Shown: positions 1 through 14,543 of the stretch, piece by piece
Layout: every line of letters begins with the position of its first letter
How positions within the stretch are numbered: position 1 is the stretch's first letter
NCBI RefSeq assembly: GCF_009914755.1
Contig: NC_060945.1
Direction: 5' to 3' (one strand)
Origin: the human T2T-CHM13v2.0 reference genome, Homo sapiens
Length of the DNA: 64,000 nucleotides
Notes under the pieces: model-generated
Seen by the model: only the letters and a program-made list of their open reading frames with translations
The model's database searches: none
What the model was told of the DNA's origin: nothing
Translations under genes and position numbers: made by a program

Positions 1-1400
1 CGATAGGTAAGTGTAGACACGTGGTTTCTGCCATTGTGGAATCCTGTCATCCTCATTGAAATGTGGGACCAAGACCACAGCAAGTTTTTCTACAGTCACT
101 ACTGACCATATGATGCCAATGCCCTCTCCACTGGTGCAATATTTATTGCTTTTGTGTAAGCATGTATTCTGGGCCATACTGAAGAACATTGTCAGATGAT
201 GAGATTTTCAGTCTGTTATAAAAAATCTATTCTTTTAAGTTTTTTTCCTTAGTTTTCTTACCTTTCACCCAAACTCTGACAAGTCTGAAATTTCTATAAT
301 TTCATTTACAAAAGGCCAATTTTGTCTCTAGGCATCATTTGACTGTCCTAAAGTATATTAGGATTAGTTCCAGGTGTCATTGTCTGATGTTAAAACTTGA
401 CTTACAGGAAAGTGATCAAACATCCATAAACTCAATGTTATTCAGGCATATATTTCACCTCCTCCCGGTCCAACAATGTTAAGGTCAACCCTCAAAATCA
501 TTTCTCTTGTTTCTGCTGGTACATAACTGTCAGATCCTGTAATATTTTCCTGTGAATAAGCTACTTAACCTCACAGCAGGGAACATATTTTTCTATTTGT
601 GCTTGCTGAGATCTAAACCCAGCTATTTGTCAGAGGACAATGGTTAGTGCAGGTGTGAATACAGAACATGGTGAGTATACTTTGTATAAGATATGCATCA
701 GGGAAGTGTGTCTAAGGCCCTCCAGGCAAGAGGAGGCTTCTGTCTTTCAGCAATGAGGTCTGTGTTGCTTGTACCAGCACTAAGAGTTTCAGGGAATCTG
801 TGGATTCAAATGACTCACACGCAGTGATCCAAGTCTGTCCCCCATTCCCTACCAGGCCCTAGTTTCATTTTAGAAGATCTGTCAAATCTCTATTTTTTAA
901 AAATTTATGATTCTTTATCATTGTGGTTAAATCTGCAGCCTGATTTGTAGTACTCTGCTCTATGGCTGCCAAAGTTGAATGTCTCATTAAACTCTGCCAC
1001 AGAGGCCTTCTGGCTTCCAAGACGTGTCTTGAGTTGCTATTTGGCCCACAGAAACCTTTTTATTTAAGGCTTCCAAGGTACACAGAAGCCAGTCAACCAC
1101 TAAATCTTCGTAATTACTATTGCCTGCATTCTGTTCAAGTGCTGAAAGTACAGCATAACACAATCATTGCTCTTCTACCTGTGCCTCATCCCAGTCCTTC
1201 AAAAATTATAGTATTGGGTTCATTATGCTATGGTAGGTCCTGGGTTAATACCACCCTACTTTCCCTCAGCAATAAGATTTGTTGCCAACTGACAGGTAAA
1301 TATCACATACTGCGGGTCTCTGGGGCCACTCTGCTATAATTGGCTTTGCTTAGTAACTTCTGGAAAACAAAATCTGTCAATTGCTTCTGTAGAATCTTTG
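1..1400 (-). mobile_element. Highly diverged ERVL-class internal sequence (gag relic)
   Basis: The reverse strand of ~310-530 translates, through stops and frameshifts, to roughly MYQQKQEK...LTLLDREE...EFMDV.SLS..SSFNI...RQNWP. This parallels the ERV-L gag segment LYKQKSGEQAWEWILKVWDN...EFIDMGPLSRDS..N...KRWP. Boundaries are approximate. Confidence 0.5.
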
Positions 1401-1952
1401 TTCCAACAAGTGACTTCTTGAAATAGAAGTCTAAAGGTTAATTGGTGACAGAAGGGTGTGTGATAGCCTTAAGAGCTCAACATTTTGTTGTCTTTCAAAC
1501 ATATCTCTTTTCCTTTCCTCTTTCTCTCAACTGTTATCAACCTGTTTACCTTCCTTAATTGCATAATCATATAGTCATCTTATTTGCATTATTTTTCCTT
1601 TCACATATGTTTCATAGCTCATTTATACAAAGTGTATATGTTTTTTTCAGAATAAATGCCATATTCTGGAGAAGAAGGTTTATGAACTATTTTCTCACTA
1701 ATATATAGTAAAATTATAGATCATGATACATGTAACAAAGCACAATTACAATAAATAACAACTATGTACATATTTACTCTTTATCCATGAAATTCTTGAT
1801 TCAGACTCATCAGATTCATCATTGAATTGCATGTAAGATAAACATACTTTTATATACTTATATAGTACATGCTTATGTACTTATATTTCAGGTTGTAATG
1901 AATGAAAGTACATTTCTTTTTATATATTTGTATGTGGCTTACTTTTTAATAA

Positions 1953-2333
<381 letters not shown>

Positions 2334-4287
2334 TAAAGACATATTTCTATTTTTAAAAAGTCCACTTTTACTCTACAACAAGAAAGATGTACCATATCAA
2401 GAAATTTTCATTTATCAATAGCAAATACCGTGAATACTTATGAGAAACATTGAATGAGATGATATATAACCTGCTAAAATTCATCACTCACGTGCTTGTG
2501 AATATCACATAAATACGAATCTGTTAAGCTTACTAGTGTGTTGTATTCTACAACTGATAATCTATAAGAAAACAAATTTTTATGATTAAATACATGTATT
2601 ATGTTTTGATATATATTTATGGATATCTAAACTGAAAATAATGTGTAATAGCTTTTCCTAAAATTGTTCTGATATCTAATGCATCTAGATGCATACTGAA
2701 TTAAATTAACAAATAAATCTAACTTAAAGATGAGCTATTACATCAGTCTGTGAAAATCCAAGTCTTTTAAAAAGGAAATTAGACAGTGTCATAGAAACCT
2801 CTTTTCTCAGCTTTGTGTTTCCAGTACATGTTTAATTTAGCACATACTAATTAGACGTGAGATTATAGGTGTTCCATTCTCTTGGAATAACATCAGAGTC
2901 AATCCAGTCCCTAGGATCTGAGTCCTCACAAATACACTGTCTGCAGTCTCCCTTGATCAGAAGAGACCATTCAGCTTGCCCTTGTCTGATCTGGCATTTT
3001 TGTAGGGACACTTTCTCTCATAGACTCTGCTGTATTTGTTAGAAGCATAGTGAGGGAGTGTATGATGTCTCAAAAGTCATCAGATATCATTAGAGGTTCC
3101 AACAAGTTATAATTGACTTTGTGTTTAAAGAAGAGAACAACAGGGTCACCAATAACACATTCTGGGAAGGCAGCCAGGGCACTACCATGGGAGTCATGAT
3201 GCCTAAACGTAAATTGAGTAGGCTGGACTTGCAGTGTATACTGATCAGAAGTGACACAGTGATTAACGTGACAAGGGAGAAAGGAATTTCTAATAAGGTG
3301 AGCAGATGTCTTGGAAAGACCGGAACGTTAGCCTTCAGTTTAATGGTTACAGCATTTATGCTTTCAAATAGACAAGACCCTCTTCTAGAATCAGCCCCTA
3401 ATATATGCCAAGAGCTAGTTTAAGCCCGAGGGTCAATAAGGCGGCTGTGTTCCCTCTGGTCAGCATGAAATTGGGTGGATAGTGAGAGTTAAAGACCATT
3501 ACATATAAAAGTCTTATTGTTTAGTCTAATCTTTTTTAAGTTTTAGGGACTAAATCTTTAAACAGTCTCCCGCAAACAGAGGATGCTTTATTTCATTTAA
3601 ACCTTAAATAGATACAAATTATATTTTAAGAAGGGAATGACTTTTTTTTTGTTTTTTTTTTTTTGCAAAATTCTAACCAAACAGTTTGAGCTCCCTTTTC
3701 TCATTTTTTTTTCCACAGGACTACTCTGGGCAATAGTGCAACAAGTGTTATTTTCATCTTTTCCAAGCAGGCAGAATAGAGTCAGTTGTTGCTACTTGAA
3801 AAAAACAGACAAGTCAATGTTTATACAACCTTACGTTTTTTCCCTTATTTTTGTACTTTTTGAATAGTTGTTTTCCTTCTCTCTATTTCCCCAGTGCTTC
3901 TTTTATCGAATCTCTGTGCTTGGCTCTTTGGCTACTGTTCCACTCTCTCCTGGGCTCTCAGTGACTAAGCTGCTGTATTATTGTCATATAGGATAGGATA
4001 GGCTCTTTGTAATGCATACATTCCTTTTCTTCATTTTAACCAGATGACCACACTGGACAGCTATATTTAAAGCCAAAAAAACCCTCGATTTCAGAATAAT
4101 TGTCATGAATATTTTGCATTGTCATTGAAAAAGATGTATTTACTCAGAAGCTGGTGTCAGAAATTCAAGGAGAGTTTTGCACAGTTCTGCATTAGAGGAA
4201 AGACCTCTTCTTTAACCTGGAGTTACTAAGCTACCCCCAAATGGTAACAAACTCATCTGGAATATTCCTGCCTCAACTTTAAAACAT

Positions 4288-4560
4288 TTTTTTAAATAGA
4301 AAGTCTCAAATATATGCAAAAGTAGAAAAAATTTCCATGAACCCCAGTGTACCTGCCATGCAAGCATCGCTAATCCTCAGGACAAGGTTAATCTTATTTC
4401 CTCTCTGCCACCATCCCCTCCTCCTCCATGGTACTATTTTGAAATTCCTGATATTAAATCAGACTTTCCATAAACATTTTGACAGAATATCTTCTTTCAA
4501 TATCAAGACAACAAATGCTATTTAACCACAGATTACCATCACACTTCCTACTATTTTATG
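4288..4560 (-). mobile_element. Ancient L1 3' end (L1ME4-like)
   Basis: aaagtctcaaatatatgcaaaagtaga...atgaaccccagtgtacc...ttaatcttatttcctct...tattttgaa resembles the reverse L1ME 3' UTR. Confidence 0.55.
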
Positions 4561-6399
4561 AAATAATTAATTTCAGTTACCTAAAAATACAAAAGAAAGA
4601 CCTCCTCCTAAATTAATAACATGCATGTCATATAAAATAGCCATATTATGCACTTGTTAAATGACTGACTTGTCCATAAAAGGCAGTCACTATCATTTAA
4701 TGCTCAGTTCCTTCCCTGCCTGAACTTTTACATACCTTCTGATGCTCACAGCAGGACACACTATGTAATTCATATCAACATTTGGGGCATCATTCAACGA
4801 AGACAGGAATTTTAACATTATACAGCAAACTATCTCCTATTTTGACTGAACACAGAATCTGTAATTCAAATGACAGGAAAATAAACAGAGTTTACAGCCA
4901 AGTTTACATAAAGTAATTGTAGAAAACTCAAACACACCCTATCAAAAAGTGAAGTCAATGTTACTGTGAATTTTCCCCCCTCTGGAAAACTATAATACCA
5001 TTGTGTTTATTCTACTTATGACAAATTGCTCACATGAATTTTCATTAGAGGGTTCAAATTTGTTTTACTCTCTGGAACATTAGCTTGAAATCAGAATTAA
5101 AAATATACAAAGATTCTTATATGCAAATATAACACTATTATGAAGAAACAAAATAAATGATGTCTTAAAAAATGCTAATAAAACATAATGAAGAAAAAGC
5201 CTATCATAGATACAGTAATGTGACTGAGACATGCCCTGCATTCTCTTGTTTTCTCATATAAAAATCAGAGATTATCAGAAAATGAAAAAGATCCCATTTT
5301 CTTTGTGAAGGAGTAGAGTCAGTTCTTTCTGGAACAGTATATAATACGACACAAACGCAAACATAATTACAAGATTACATTTTACATTGATTGTTTTAAT
5401 ATTGATCATGTTGAATATATAGTTTCTAGATTATTTTTTAAATATATTAAAATCCTTAAAGGAAAAAAAACTCATAGAATTTCTGCTCATTCAGTTTCTG
5501 ACTACTTATACTGCGGTTTCTGGGGTTTCTAACATTCCCTGAAGGTACTGCATCTGAAGAGTTCACAGGATGCAGAAAAAGCATGAACCATGGCAGAGGA
5601 CCCTGGCGTGAGGAATGCAAAGCACACTCAGGGGGTTAACTCAGCAGCTCTCACAATGGCGGAAGAAGTCGATTAGCAACAAATTCCATGTGTTTTTCCT
5701 CATGTACTCTTAGTGAGGTTAAAGACTCCTTTTTAGTAGTGACATTCTCTATTAAGGAGTGACGAATTGTGTGGGTTTTCATACAAGTCTTTCTTAAACA
5801 AAATAACTTAGCTTTCAGAGAGCACTGTAATTTTCCTTTTGCTTTGTCTCGTTTTGTTTTATTTTCATTAAATGTGTTGGAGCACAAAATGCAGAAGGCT
5901 AATAATAAAAGAAATCTGAGATAAAGGTTCTATATGACAGAGATGTGTAATTTTGAGATTTAATTACAATGTAGTATAAATTGGATCTATCTGCTATAAA
6001 AAAAGGACAGAAAAGAAAACAATAACAACGACAAAGCTATAAAAGAAAGATGATAATACTGAATAATTGAAGAAATTTGGACATAGGCTTTAAATTAGGT
6101 AAGAGTTCTGAAACAGCTTTAACTTTATATGATGATTTTGTTGTGGTTATATAGGATAATTTATTTTCTTCCTTATGGGAACACTCTAAAGACTTTAGGG
6201 TTAAAGTGTAACAATATCCACAACTTACACTGATATGGTAAGTCATAAAATAAAGTACGTATATGCAAAAGAGAGACATATATGTAGCAGACTGATGCAA
6301 ATATTCTTGCAAATTTTCTATAAGTTTGTAGTTCTTAAAATATAGAAAAAATTAAAACTGGCAATAAAAAATTAGTGAATATTAATTAAGATAAATAAA

Positions 6400-6610
6400 A
6401 TTATTTAATGCCATAAATTCATTCCATTTAATAATACACATGAAAAAGAATGAGGAACATATTACAGTATAAAAAGACACACACATACATACATGCACAT
6501 AAAGGGATAAACCTCACAAAAAATAAAATTGATCAAGAAAAGCTATGCACTAAATAGCACTGACTATATGATTTCAATTGCATACATTTCTAAAATATAC
6601 ACAACTGTTG
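6400..6610 (+). mobile_element. Ancient L1ME 3' fragment
   Basis: aaaaagaatgag...gggataaacctcacaaaa...aagaaaagc...tatatgatttcaatt resembles L1ME 3' region motifs. Confidence 0.4.
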
Positions 6611-6916
6611 TGTTAGGACATGTCAATGTACTGGTAACTTTAAGATACAAAAATGTAGAAGTAGACAAACTACCCATCTGTTTATGAAAATTGAAGAATA
6701 TTACTTTAGCATTGAAACTAATTATGTTGTGTGTAAAAGCAAATAATAGAGACTTTAATTAAGAAAAACATCAGGGACTTTGCAGAATGAATAAAATAAG
6801 GAATATATAAAATGATCTTATACAGCGAACTTAGTATTTGTGAGCATATGAGTGAAATATTAGATAATTCTCAAATGAATTGTGGGAAGGCAGGTGCTTA
6901 AATTTGGAGAAGATGC

Positions 6917-7301
6917 TGTATTAGTCCATTCTTACATTGCTGCAAAGAACTACCTGAGACTGGGTAATTTATAAAGAAAAAGGGTTTAATTGATTCACTG
7001 TTCCTCAGGCTGTACAGGTGGCATGGCTGGGGACACCTCAGGAAACTTAACAATCATGATGGGAGATGAAGGGTATCCAAGCAAGCCTTCACATGGTGGC
7101 AGGAGAGAGAGAGCATTGGGGGAAGTGCTACAAACTTTTAAACAAAAACAACCAGATCTAGTGAGAACTCACTATCATGAGGGCAGCAAGGGGAAAATCT
7201 GCCCCCGTGATCCAATAGCTTCCCAACAGGCTCTTTCTCCAACACTGAAGATCATAAGACAACGGGAGACTTGGGTAGGGACACAGAGCCAAATCATATC
7301 A
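6917..7301 (-). mobile_element. MaLR solo LTR, THE1D-like
   Basis: tgtattagtccattc...ggacacagagccaaatcatatca termini; perfect 5-bp TSD GATGC at 6912-6916 and 7302-7306. Confidence 0.93.
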
Positions 7302-7470
7302 GATGCCTAGAAGAATAAAGAGAAGAAATATAATCCATAGAGCTACACCACTAACATTTGTATCATACTTACACATCTTCTCCCCAGTATTGTTTTCCAA
7401 TATGCTTCAGCCTTCAACTCTTTAAATGTCATAAAATGTTTGCTAGGGAGCCTCTGTTGTCCAACACATG

Positions 7471-7818
7471 CGTATTAGTTCATTTTCACACTGCTGATAA
7501 AGACATACCCAAGACTGGGAGAAAAAGAGGTTCAATTGGACTTAAAGTTCCACTTGGCTGGAGAGGCCTCAGAATCATGGTGGGAGGCAAAAGGTACTTC
7601 TGATATGGTGGCGGCAAGAGAATATGAGGAAGAAGCAAAAGTGGAAACCCCTGATAAACCCATCAGATCTCATGAGACTTACTCACTATCAGGAGAATAG
7701 CACGGGAAAGCCCTTGTGATTCAATTACCTCCCACTGGGTCCCTCTCACAATGCACGGGAATTCTGGGAGATATAACTCAAGTTGAGATTTGGGTGAGGA
7801 CACAGCCAAACCATATCA
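7471..7818 (-). mobile_element. MaLR solo LTR, THE1A-like
   Basis: (c)gtattagttcattttcacactgctgataaagacataccc...cacagccaaaccatatca; perfect 5-bp TSD ACATG at 7466-7470 and 7819-7823. Confidence 0.93.
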
Positions 7819-9254
7819 ACATGGTAATTACTTCTTTGTTCTTTAAATGTCTGTCAATGCTCTTTTAAGGAGTAGTTAAAGGGATTAGGTGGGGGAAGAG
7901 AAAAGAATGTTTATGAATGCTTTAACATGATTTATCAATATGAAATGGTAACAAACCGTGCAATTCTGCTAGGCTATTATGACATTTTATTTCAATTTCA
8001 TGCAAGTTAGAAAAAAGTTATATTACCATTATAAAAATGGTGACCACTCATATTCTGAGAAAATTAATTAACTAAACATTAATGCCAAGTTTAAATTGCA
8101 ATGTCTAACTTCTCTATATACATACTTCCATGAGAAGTAGGAGTTTGCAACATTATCAGTACATAAAAGAGTGCTTGTGTTTAATATTACTTGGGACTTC
8201 TCATTGATTAAACACTTCCCTACACACTTGATGAAGAACATAGGGAATCTCTATTACTTAGGTGTCTTTCATTTGTCCTGTTCTAGAAGCTTATTCCTAC
8301 TAGGGAGATTAGCTTTGCATGGTTGGGTTCACTTTCATAGTGGGAACCATAAATCCATCAAAACATATAAAAGAGACTGATGGCCTCCTAATTAAAGCAT
8401 GAATTTATGATAGAGAGACTCTTCTCAGGGCAATTCTTTATGGAGCAACAGAGTAAGCAATGCTTATATGTTAAAATCTATGAAGAGGTTGCAACATTTA
8501 TTTTAAAGGCATAAAATGAAGATATAAGGAACACATATGTAGTTACTATATTAACTCTATAGCAAACTGGTAGTAAGACATGAAATTTAGCACAAAAAGT
8601 GGGCCATTTAAACAACTACTCAGAATGGCTTTGTATTAAAAAGTTGGTGCAAAAGTGATCCAAAATGATAAATGGAGGAGTGTTCTTAGTGATAGAACAC
8701 AGATGTTGACTTAGAGGTGAAGTGTCTTGATCAAAGAAGCTCTATTTTGAATAACAAAATACTTATTTGTTTTAAACAGAGATGAGTTAGGGAATCCATG
8801 GCAATATTTTAACTTCTTGCTTTACCATTAATTTCATCGTATATATTCTCAAAAAGACTCTTTCCTGAAATATAATATAATAATCAACAAAATAATAATA
8901 ATAAATGGAAAGTAAGAAAACTAAGTCTTGTGAAATTATAAGTTAATTGTAACATAATTTAACCAAGATTAAGTACCATGTCATAGATGTGGGGTTAACT
9001 GAAACTGCAGTGTGTGATGTGTTAATACAGCTCTAGAAAAAAAGGGAAAAAATCCACAGATACAGGTTTCTTTAAAAAATTTGATTTATACTCCTTCAAT
9101 TTATTGATAATGCCTATAATCAAACCTCTCTATAGCCCCCTGCCAAAAATAAAAATTTTAAAAAAGAGGAAAAAAGTATAGTTAAAATCAGCATCAAAGA
9201 AAATTATTCAACTTACCATTATTAAATATTTAGAAAAGAATATTCTAGAACCCT

Positions 9255-9715
9255 AACCATTTCCCAGTTCCAAAGCCACTTTCACATTTTTTTGGCATTT
9301 GTTACTTCAGCAAGCCTACTTCTGAGTACCAATTTTTGTCTTAGTCCACTCAGCTTGCTAAAGCAAAATACCATAGACTAGTTGGCTTATAAATAAAAGA
9401 AATTTATTTTTCTCAGTTCTAGAGCCTGGAAAGTCCAAAATTATGGTCTGGCAAATTTTATATCTGATGAGGCCTGTTTCCCAGCTCAAAAAGAACCATC
9501 TTTTACTCAGAAGGTACAAAGGATACAAAGGACACAAGGCTCCCAAAGGAGCTTCCTGGGGCCTCTTATATAAGGGCACTAATCTCATTCACGAGAGCCC
9601 TGCCATCATGACCTAATCAACTCCAGAAGTCACCGCTTCCAAATACCATCACCTCGGGGATCAGATTTCAACATATGAATTTTGGGAGGGGGACATAAAC
9701 ATTCATACTATAGGA
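9255..9715 (-). mobile_element. MLT1A-like LTR (9337-9715) plus the adjacent start of MLT internal sequence (9255-9336)
   Basis: tgtcttagtcc...aaataccatagact...tttcaacatatgaattttggg...acataaacattca, preceded by cccagttccaaagccactttcacatt...gtaccaatttt, typical of the MaLR internal 5' end. Confidence 0.8.
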
Positions 9716-9970
9716 AGCATTGAAATGCAATTTCCCTAAAATATGGATTTCCTGAAATTATTAGAATGCACAAGAATGTGTACAACTGAAATCATTGTAA
9801 GGGAATTTTTCAGCCTATTTTCAGATATTCTGGTATGTTATTCTTTTATTTACAATGTTCTTTCTATTATACAATATTCCTATTTGTTACTAAAGTACTA
9901 TATAATTTGAAAAAAGTATTCAAACATGCATGCACATTTTAGTGTTCTCTATTTGTAATGTTCTCTATTA

Positions 9971-10270
9971 TTTTTTACTTATTTATTTATTTATCTATTG
10001 ACACAGGGTCTCACTCTGTCACACAGGCTGGAAGTGCAGTGGTGCGATCTCAGCCCACCGCAACCTCTGCCTCCCGGTCTCAAGCGACCCTCCCATCTCA
10101 GCCTCCTGAGTAGTGGGATCATAGGTACACACCACCGTGCTTTGCTATATTTTGTAGAGATGAGGTTTCACCATGTTGCCCAGGCTGGTCTTGAACTCCT
10201 GGACTCAAGCAATCTGGTGCCTTGCCTCCCAAAGTACTGGGATTACAAGTGTGAGCCACCAAATCTAGAC
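9971..10270 (-). mobile_element. Alu (AluJ-like)
   Basis: (TTTA)n tail; AluJ-type diagnostics gacacagggtctcac, ctcccatctcagcc and ctcctggactcaagcaatc. Confidence 0.92.
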
Positions 10271-12062
10271 TGTTTTCTGTTTATTTTGAAGAAATCTGCA
10301 TTGACTGCCTTTTTAAATGATACATTTTGAATGTTATTGACTAACTCTATAGAAGTTGCTCATATAGTAAGGACTTTAAAGTAAGTATCAAATTATTTGG
10401 CAAAAGAATATAGTAGCATGATTAAAGTGGAAAACAATGTGGTCCCATATAAATTCAAAAAAATAGTAAAAAAGTGAATTTATACAGGAACATAAAACAT
10501 ATTTTCTTATTTTCTGTTTTTCATTATTTTTTGCTATCAGGTAAAAATAAACCAGGTTGCTTATTTTCATTTTTCATTAAGTAAAACATAAGTTAATTAA
10601 CGAATCGCAAAAAACTCAATCAGTGTCAGTGTTGAATAAATATAAGTAACGTGAAATTCAATTGAAAGTAGCCTGATTTCCAGATACCAATTTAAGTTAG
10701 TTATCTATTTATTTATTTTTCTGATGTGTGATAATTTATAGAGTCTTCTGTTAATTAAAGAGCGTAATACCACATATGAAAATTTTTTGTACACTTTATT
10801 GTGCTCTAACCTATAACGACATATTTTTGAAGCTAGTTGCATATTGCATGTCTAAGAAAGGCCATGTAAAGTCCAATGAGAGAGTACTAATTATTTGAGA
10901 GAGATGCATATATTCAAAATGCCTTAAAAATGAAGGTGCATTTGTTAAGTTCAATTCATATTTTTTTAAAGACTCGAAATTGTGTGTATATTAAAGCAGG
11001 CCAATTAAATCCATTAGTGACAAAATCACTGATTACTGTTAGGTCAGAAAAGTAGAGCTTGTTGCAACGTGAAATATTACAGTTATGTTATAGAGCTAGA
11101 TAAGTGAATCCTTAGTATATCTTTTTATTTCTAAAATTGAACTCTTAAATATTCTGTGCTTAATCATACTAACAGTTCTTGTAATAAATCACATTTAGTG
11201 CAATTGGTTCACGTTTGTTTTGAATGTGTTGTTAGTATTACCTAGCATTGAGTGTGTTTGCGTGTCTGTGGTCTGTACGTGTATGTATGTTGGGGAGGAT
11301 TGGACCCCTCTCCAGAGAAGAAAATTATCATAATTCTTGATTGAAAATACATTCTCCTCAGTCTATGCATAATCTGCTTTTTTGTTAGTCATTTTAGTAA
11401 CATAATAAGAACCTATAGAATCACCACCTGCTCCCCCACCCGCCATCACACATAGACAGACACACACAAGCTAAGGCATTGGGGCCTTGGGAATGGAGTG
11501 GAAAGGATGGATATTCCCATTCCGTCCATTTCATTCCTTGCTTCCTCACTTTACTCCATCTTTCATAAAACTATTATCTAAAAGGCAACGCTAATAATTA
11601 TCTTTACTTTGTTTTTTTGAAAATATAATTTATAGCATTAACATATATAGTTAAGTACATTTTTCTTATTGAAATTATTTTAGCTTTCTAAACAATAGAT
11701 GATTTTATACACACGTTATGATGAAATTTAAACATTATTTTGCTATAATTTATTTATCTTAAGTAACATATAATGTAGTATGGCAGGAATATAACACACT
11801 TTAAACATACTACAGTTTAAACATCTACAGTCCTCTTATGAGTATCTGTGTTTTTTTCACTGTTTAGCAATTCTGAACATTTCTCTCTTAAGCGTTCTTA
11901 TAACTGTTTCTTATGAATGAGAACCAATTTCCTTTGGAGATATATTTAAGATTTCTTTAGAGACATGCTGAATCTCTTGTTTTATGTGAATTTCCTATTT
12001 TATAAGTTAGTGCCAATTTGTTTCTATAATCAATGTGTAAAATAGGTGGATACATGATAGAA

Positions 12063-12131
12063 AGATAGATTAGATATAGATAGATAGATAATAGAGAGAC
12101 AGAGAGATAGACAGATAGATGATAGATAGAT
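12063..12131 (+). repeat. Imperfect (GATA)n/(GA)n microsatellite
   Basis: agatagattagatatagatagatagata...gatagatgatagatagat. Confidence 0.9.
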
Positions 12132-12515
12132 AAAATAGAGTGACCATATCATTTATTGCCTAAACTGATATAGTTTTGTGAGTGAAAAGGGCTCTGTTAT
12201 TAAATGTTTTAGCAAAACAACTACAAACTTGAAATTTTCTAAAATCGAACAAAGTAACAACAATCAAAAAACCCACAACAAAACAAACAAACAACAAAAC
12301 TGGGTCTGTGGCTAAGTTGATTTTGGAATTGCCTTTACCACATTTAGTTAATGCACTTGAATATAAACTTTCATAGTATGTAAATGTTTTCTAAATTGGA
12401 GAATGACGATAATTCAAATTTCATTGGAGGAAATTGAGATTAAATTATATAAAAGAACACTAAATCATTTATTCATTTATTCATTCAATATCATTTGATA
12501 GAAATTAAGCACTAG

Positions 12516-12822
<307 letters not shown>

Positions 12823-13594
12823 ATAGTTTGACCATTTTTTAACTCGTTCATTCTTGCAATTATTTTCTTTAAAAGAAGATTCCAAAACAGTGTTTTTAAT
12901 ATACGAAAAATATGAAATATAAATGAAAAATTTTATGCTTATTCATAGCTATTGGTAGATCTCAGGATAATCAAAGGAAGAAAATTTTCAATTCTTTTTA
13001 ATCATTTCTAAATTCGTATTGGGTTAAATTCTTATCTGAATTGAAACGTTAATGTCATTTTTAATAAGGCTGTTCATGTAGTTATCTTTTGTACTTTCTT
13101 CTAGAGATCATAAAGAACTCTTAGCTTTTAATTCTTAGTGTTGGATTTTCAGAACCATGTCCTTGGGGGAAAGACATTTGTATTAATCTACAGCCTCTGT
13201 CACAAGTAATTTAATGGCGATGTCAGTGTACTTCCAGTTATTCTTAGCCAAATAACTACAACAAAAAAAATCACACTATGAACTGTACAGGAAAGGCAAT
13301 AAAATTATTAGTTAGGACTACAAAGAGAAAAATATAGCACTTCATAATTTTTACAAATGTGAGTATATGCTTTTGTATGTAAGGTCTTAAAAGTCTATGG
13401 AAAGAAAAATAGGTAGGCTGCTAGTTGCAAGGCTAGTGTGAATTCCACAATGCTATATTTTCTTCAAATGCCCTTGTTCTATTAACCTGGTTTAGTCCAC
13501 GTCTATCTCTGTCTATCATAGAGACATATCTTTATAACTTTTATAATTGTCAAAATAACAGGCAATATATGAAGTATTTAAATCTAAAAAAGCA

Positions 13595-13800
13595 AATTGG
13601 TCAAGCTCTGAGTCCAAATCCTACCTTTGCCACTTTCAAACAATGTGAGTTGAGCTAGTCACATGAACTCTCTATGACTCAGTTTCTGTGTATTACTATG
13701 ATATCAAAGGTGATTATAATAATTCCTACCTCACATGGTTTGGGAGTATAGCATAAATTATTTTATGTAAATACACTAGTGTAATAGTAAATTTGGCTAT
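13595..13800 (+). mobile_element. MIR SINE
   Basis: tctgagtccaaatcctacctttgccact...tcacatgaactctctatgactcagtttct...ataataattcctacctcac matches the MIR core. Confidence 0.7.
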
Positions 13801-13918
13801 ATATGAATAACCGGTAAATAGTATTCATAATGTGTTAAATTTTATTTTAAGCATATTCAATGATTTATTTAATATTCACAGTTGCACAGGCATTTATGAG
13901 GAATAAATAAGGTAAGTA

Positions 13919-14222
13919 GGTCAGGTGCGGTGGCTCATGCCTGTAATCCCAGCACTTTGGGAGGCCAAGGCCAGTAGATCATGAGGTCAGGAGTTCGAGA
14001 CCAGCTTACCAACATGGTGAAAACCCATCTCTACTAAAAATACAAAAATTAGCTGGGCGTAGTGGCGTGTGCCTGCAATCCTAGCTACTCAGGGGGCTGA
14101 GGCAGGAGAATTGCTTGAACCTGGGAGGTGAAAGTTGCAGTGAGCCAAGATGGCGCCACTGTACTCCAGCCTGGGCAACAGAGGGAGACTCTGTCTCAAA
14201 AAAAAAAAAAGAAAGAAAAAAG
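13919..14222 (+). mobile_element. Alu (AluS) inserted into a minus-strand MIR relic
   Basis: Full dimer with A-tail; TSD AAGGTAAGTA at 13909-13918 and 14223-14232; the downstream aggtaagtaacg...aagatcacacaact...gagtttcaaac is MIR-like. Confidence 0.95.
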
Positions 14223-14543
14223 AAGGTAAGTAACGTTTGTAAGATCACACAACTGGGTAGATCTGAGTTTCAAACAGGGAGTTGGCCTTAAAGGTCAGTA
14301 CTTTTAAACATTGCTCTACACAGAACTATAGTTAAATAAGTTCTGATGCCAGTTTCCACATCTTTCTCATTAAAGTAATAATGGTAATATTAAATAAGTA
14401 ACTTTGTACTCTTTAGCTAAGTTGGTTTATATCATAGCTATGACTTGGCTTGGGGCCCCATTTGCTCTCAACTGTCATCAAGTATTTCCAGTCTCCACAG
14501 TATGGTAATTATTCTTTAGAACTATGGTGATAAGTCTTCCTCA

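Noticed and set aside
4-12. Consensus splice donor TAG|GTAAGT
   Set aside because: It is at the window edge with no visible upstream exon and lies within a probable ERV relic.
962-1339. 125-aa plus-strand ORF
   Set aside because: No recognisable domain; it lies antisense to a probable ERVL relic and is of a length expected by chance.
2679-2694. 16-bp palindrome ATGCATCTAGATGCAT
   Set aside because: About one palindrome of this length is expected by chance in a window this size.
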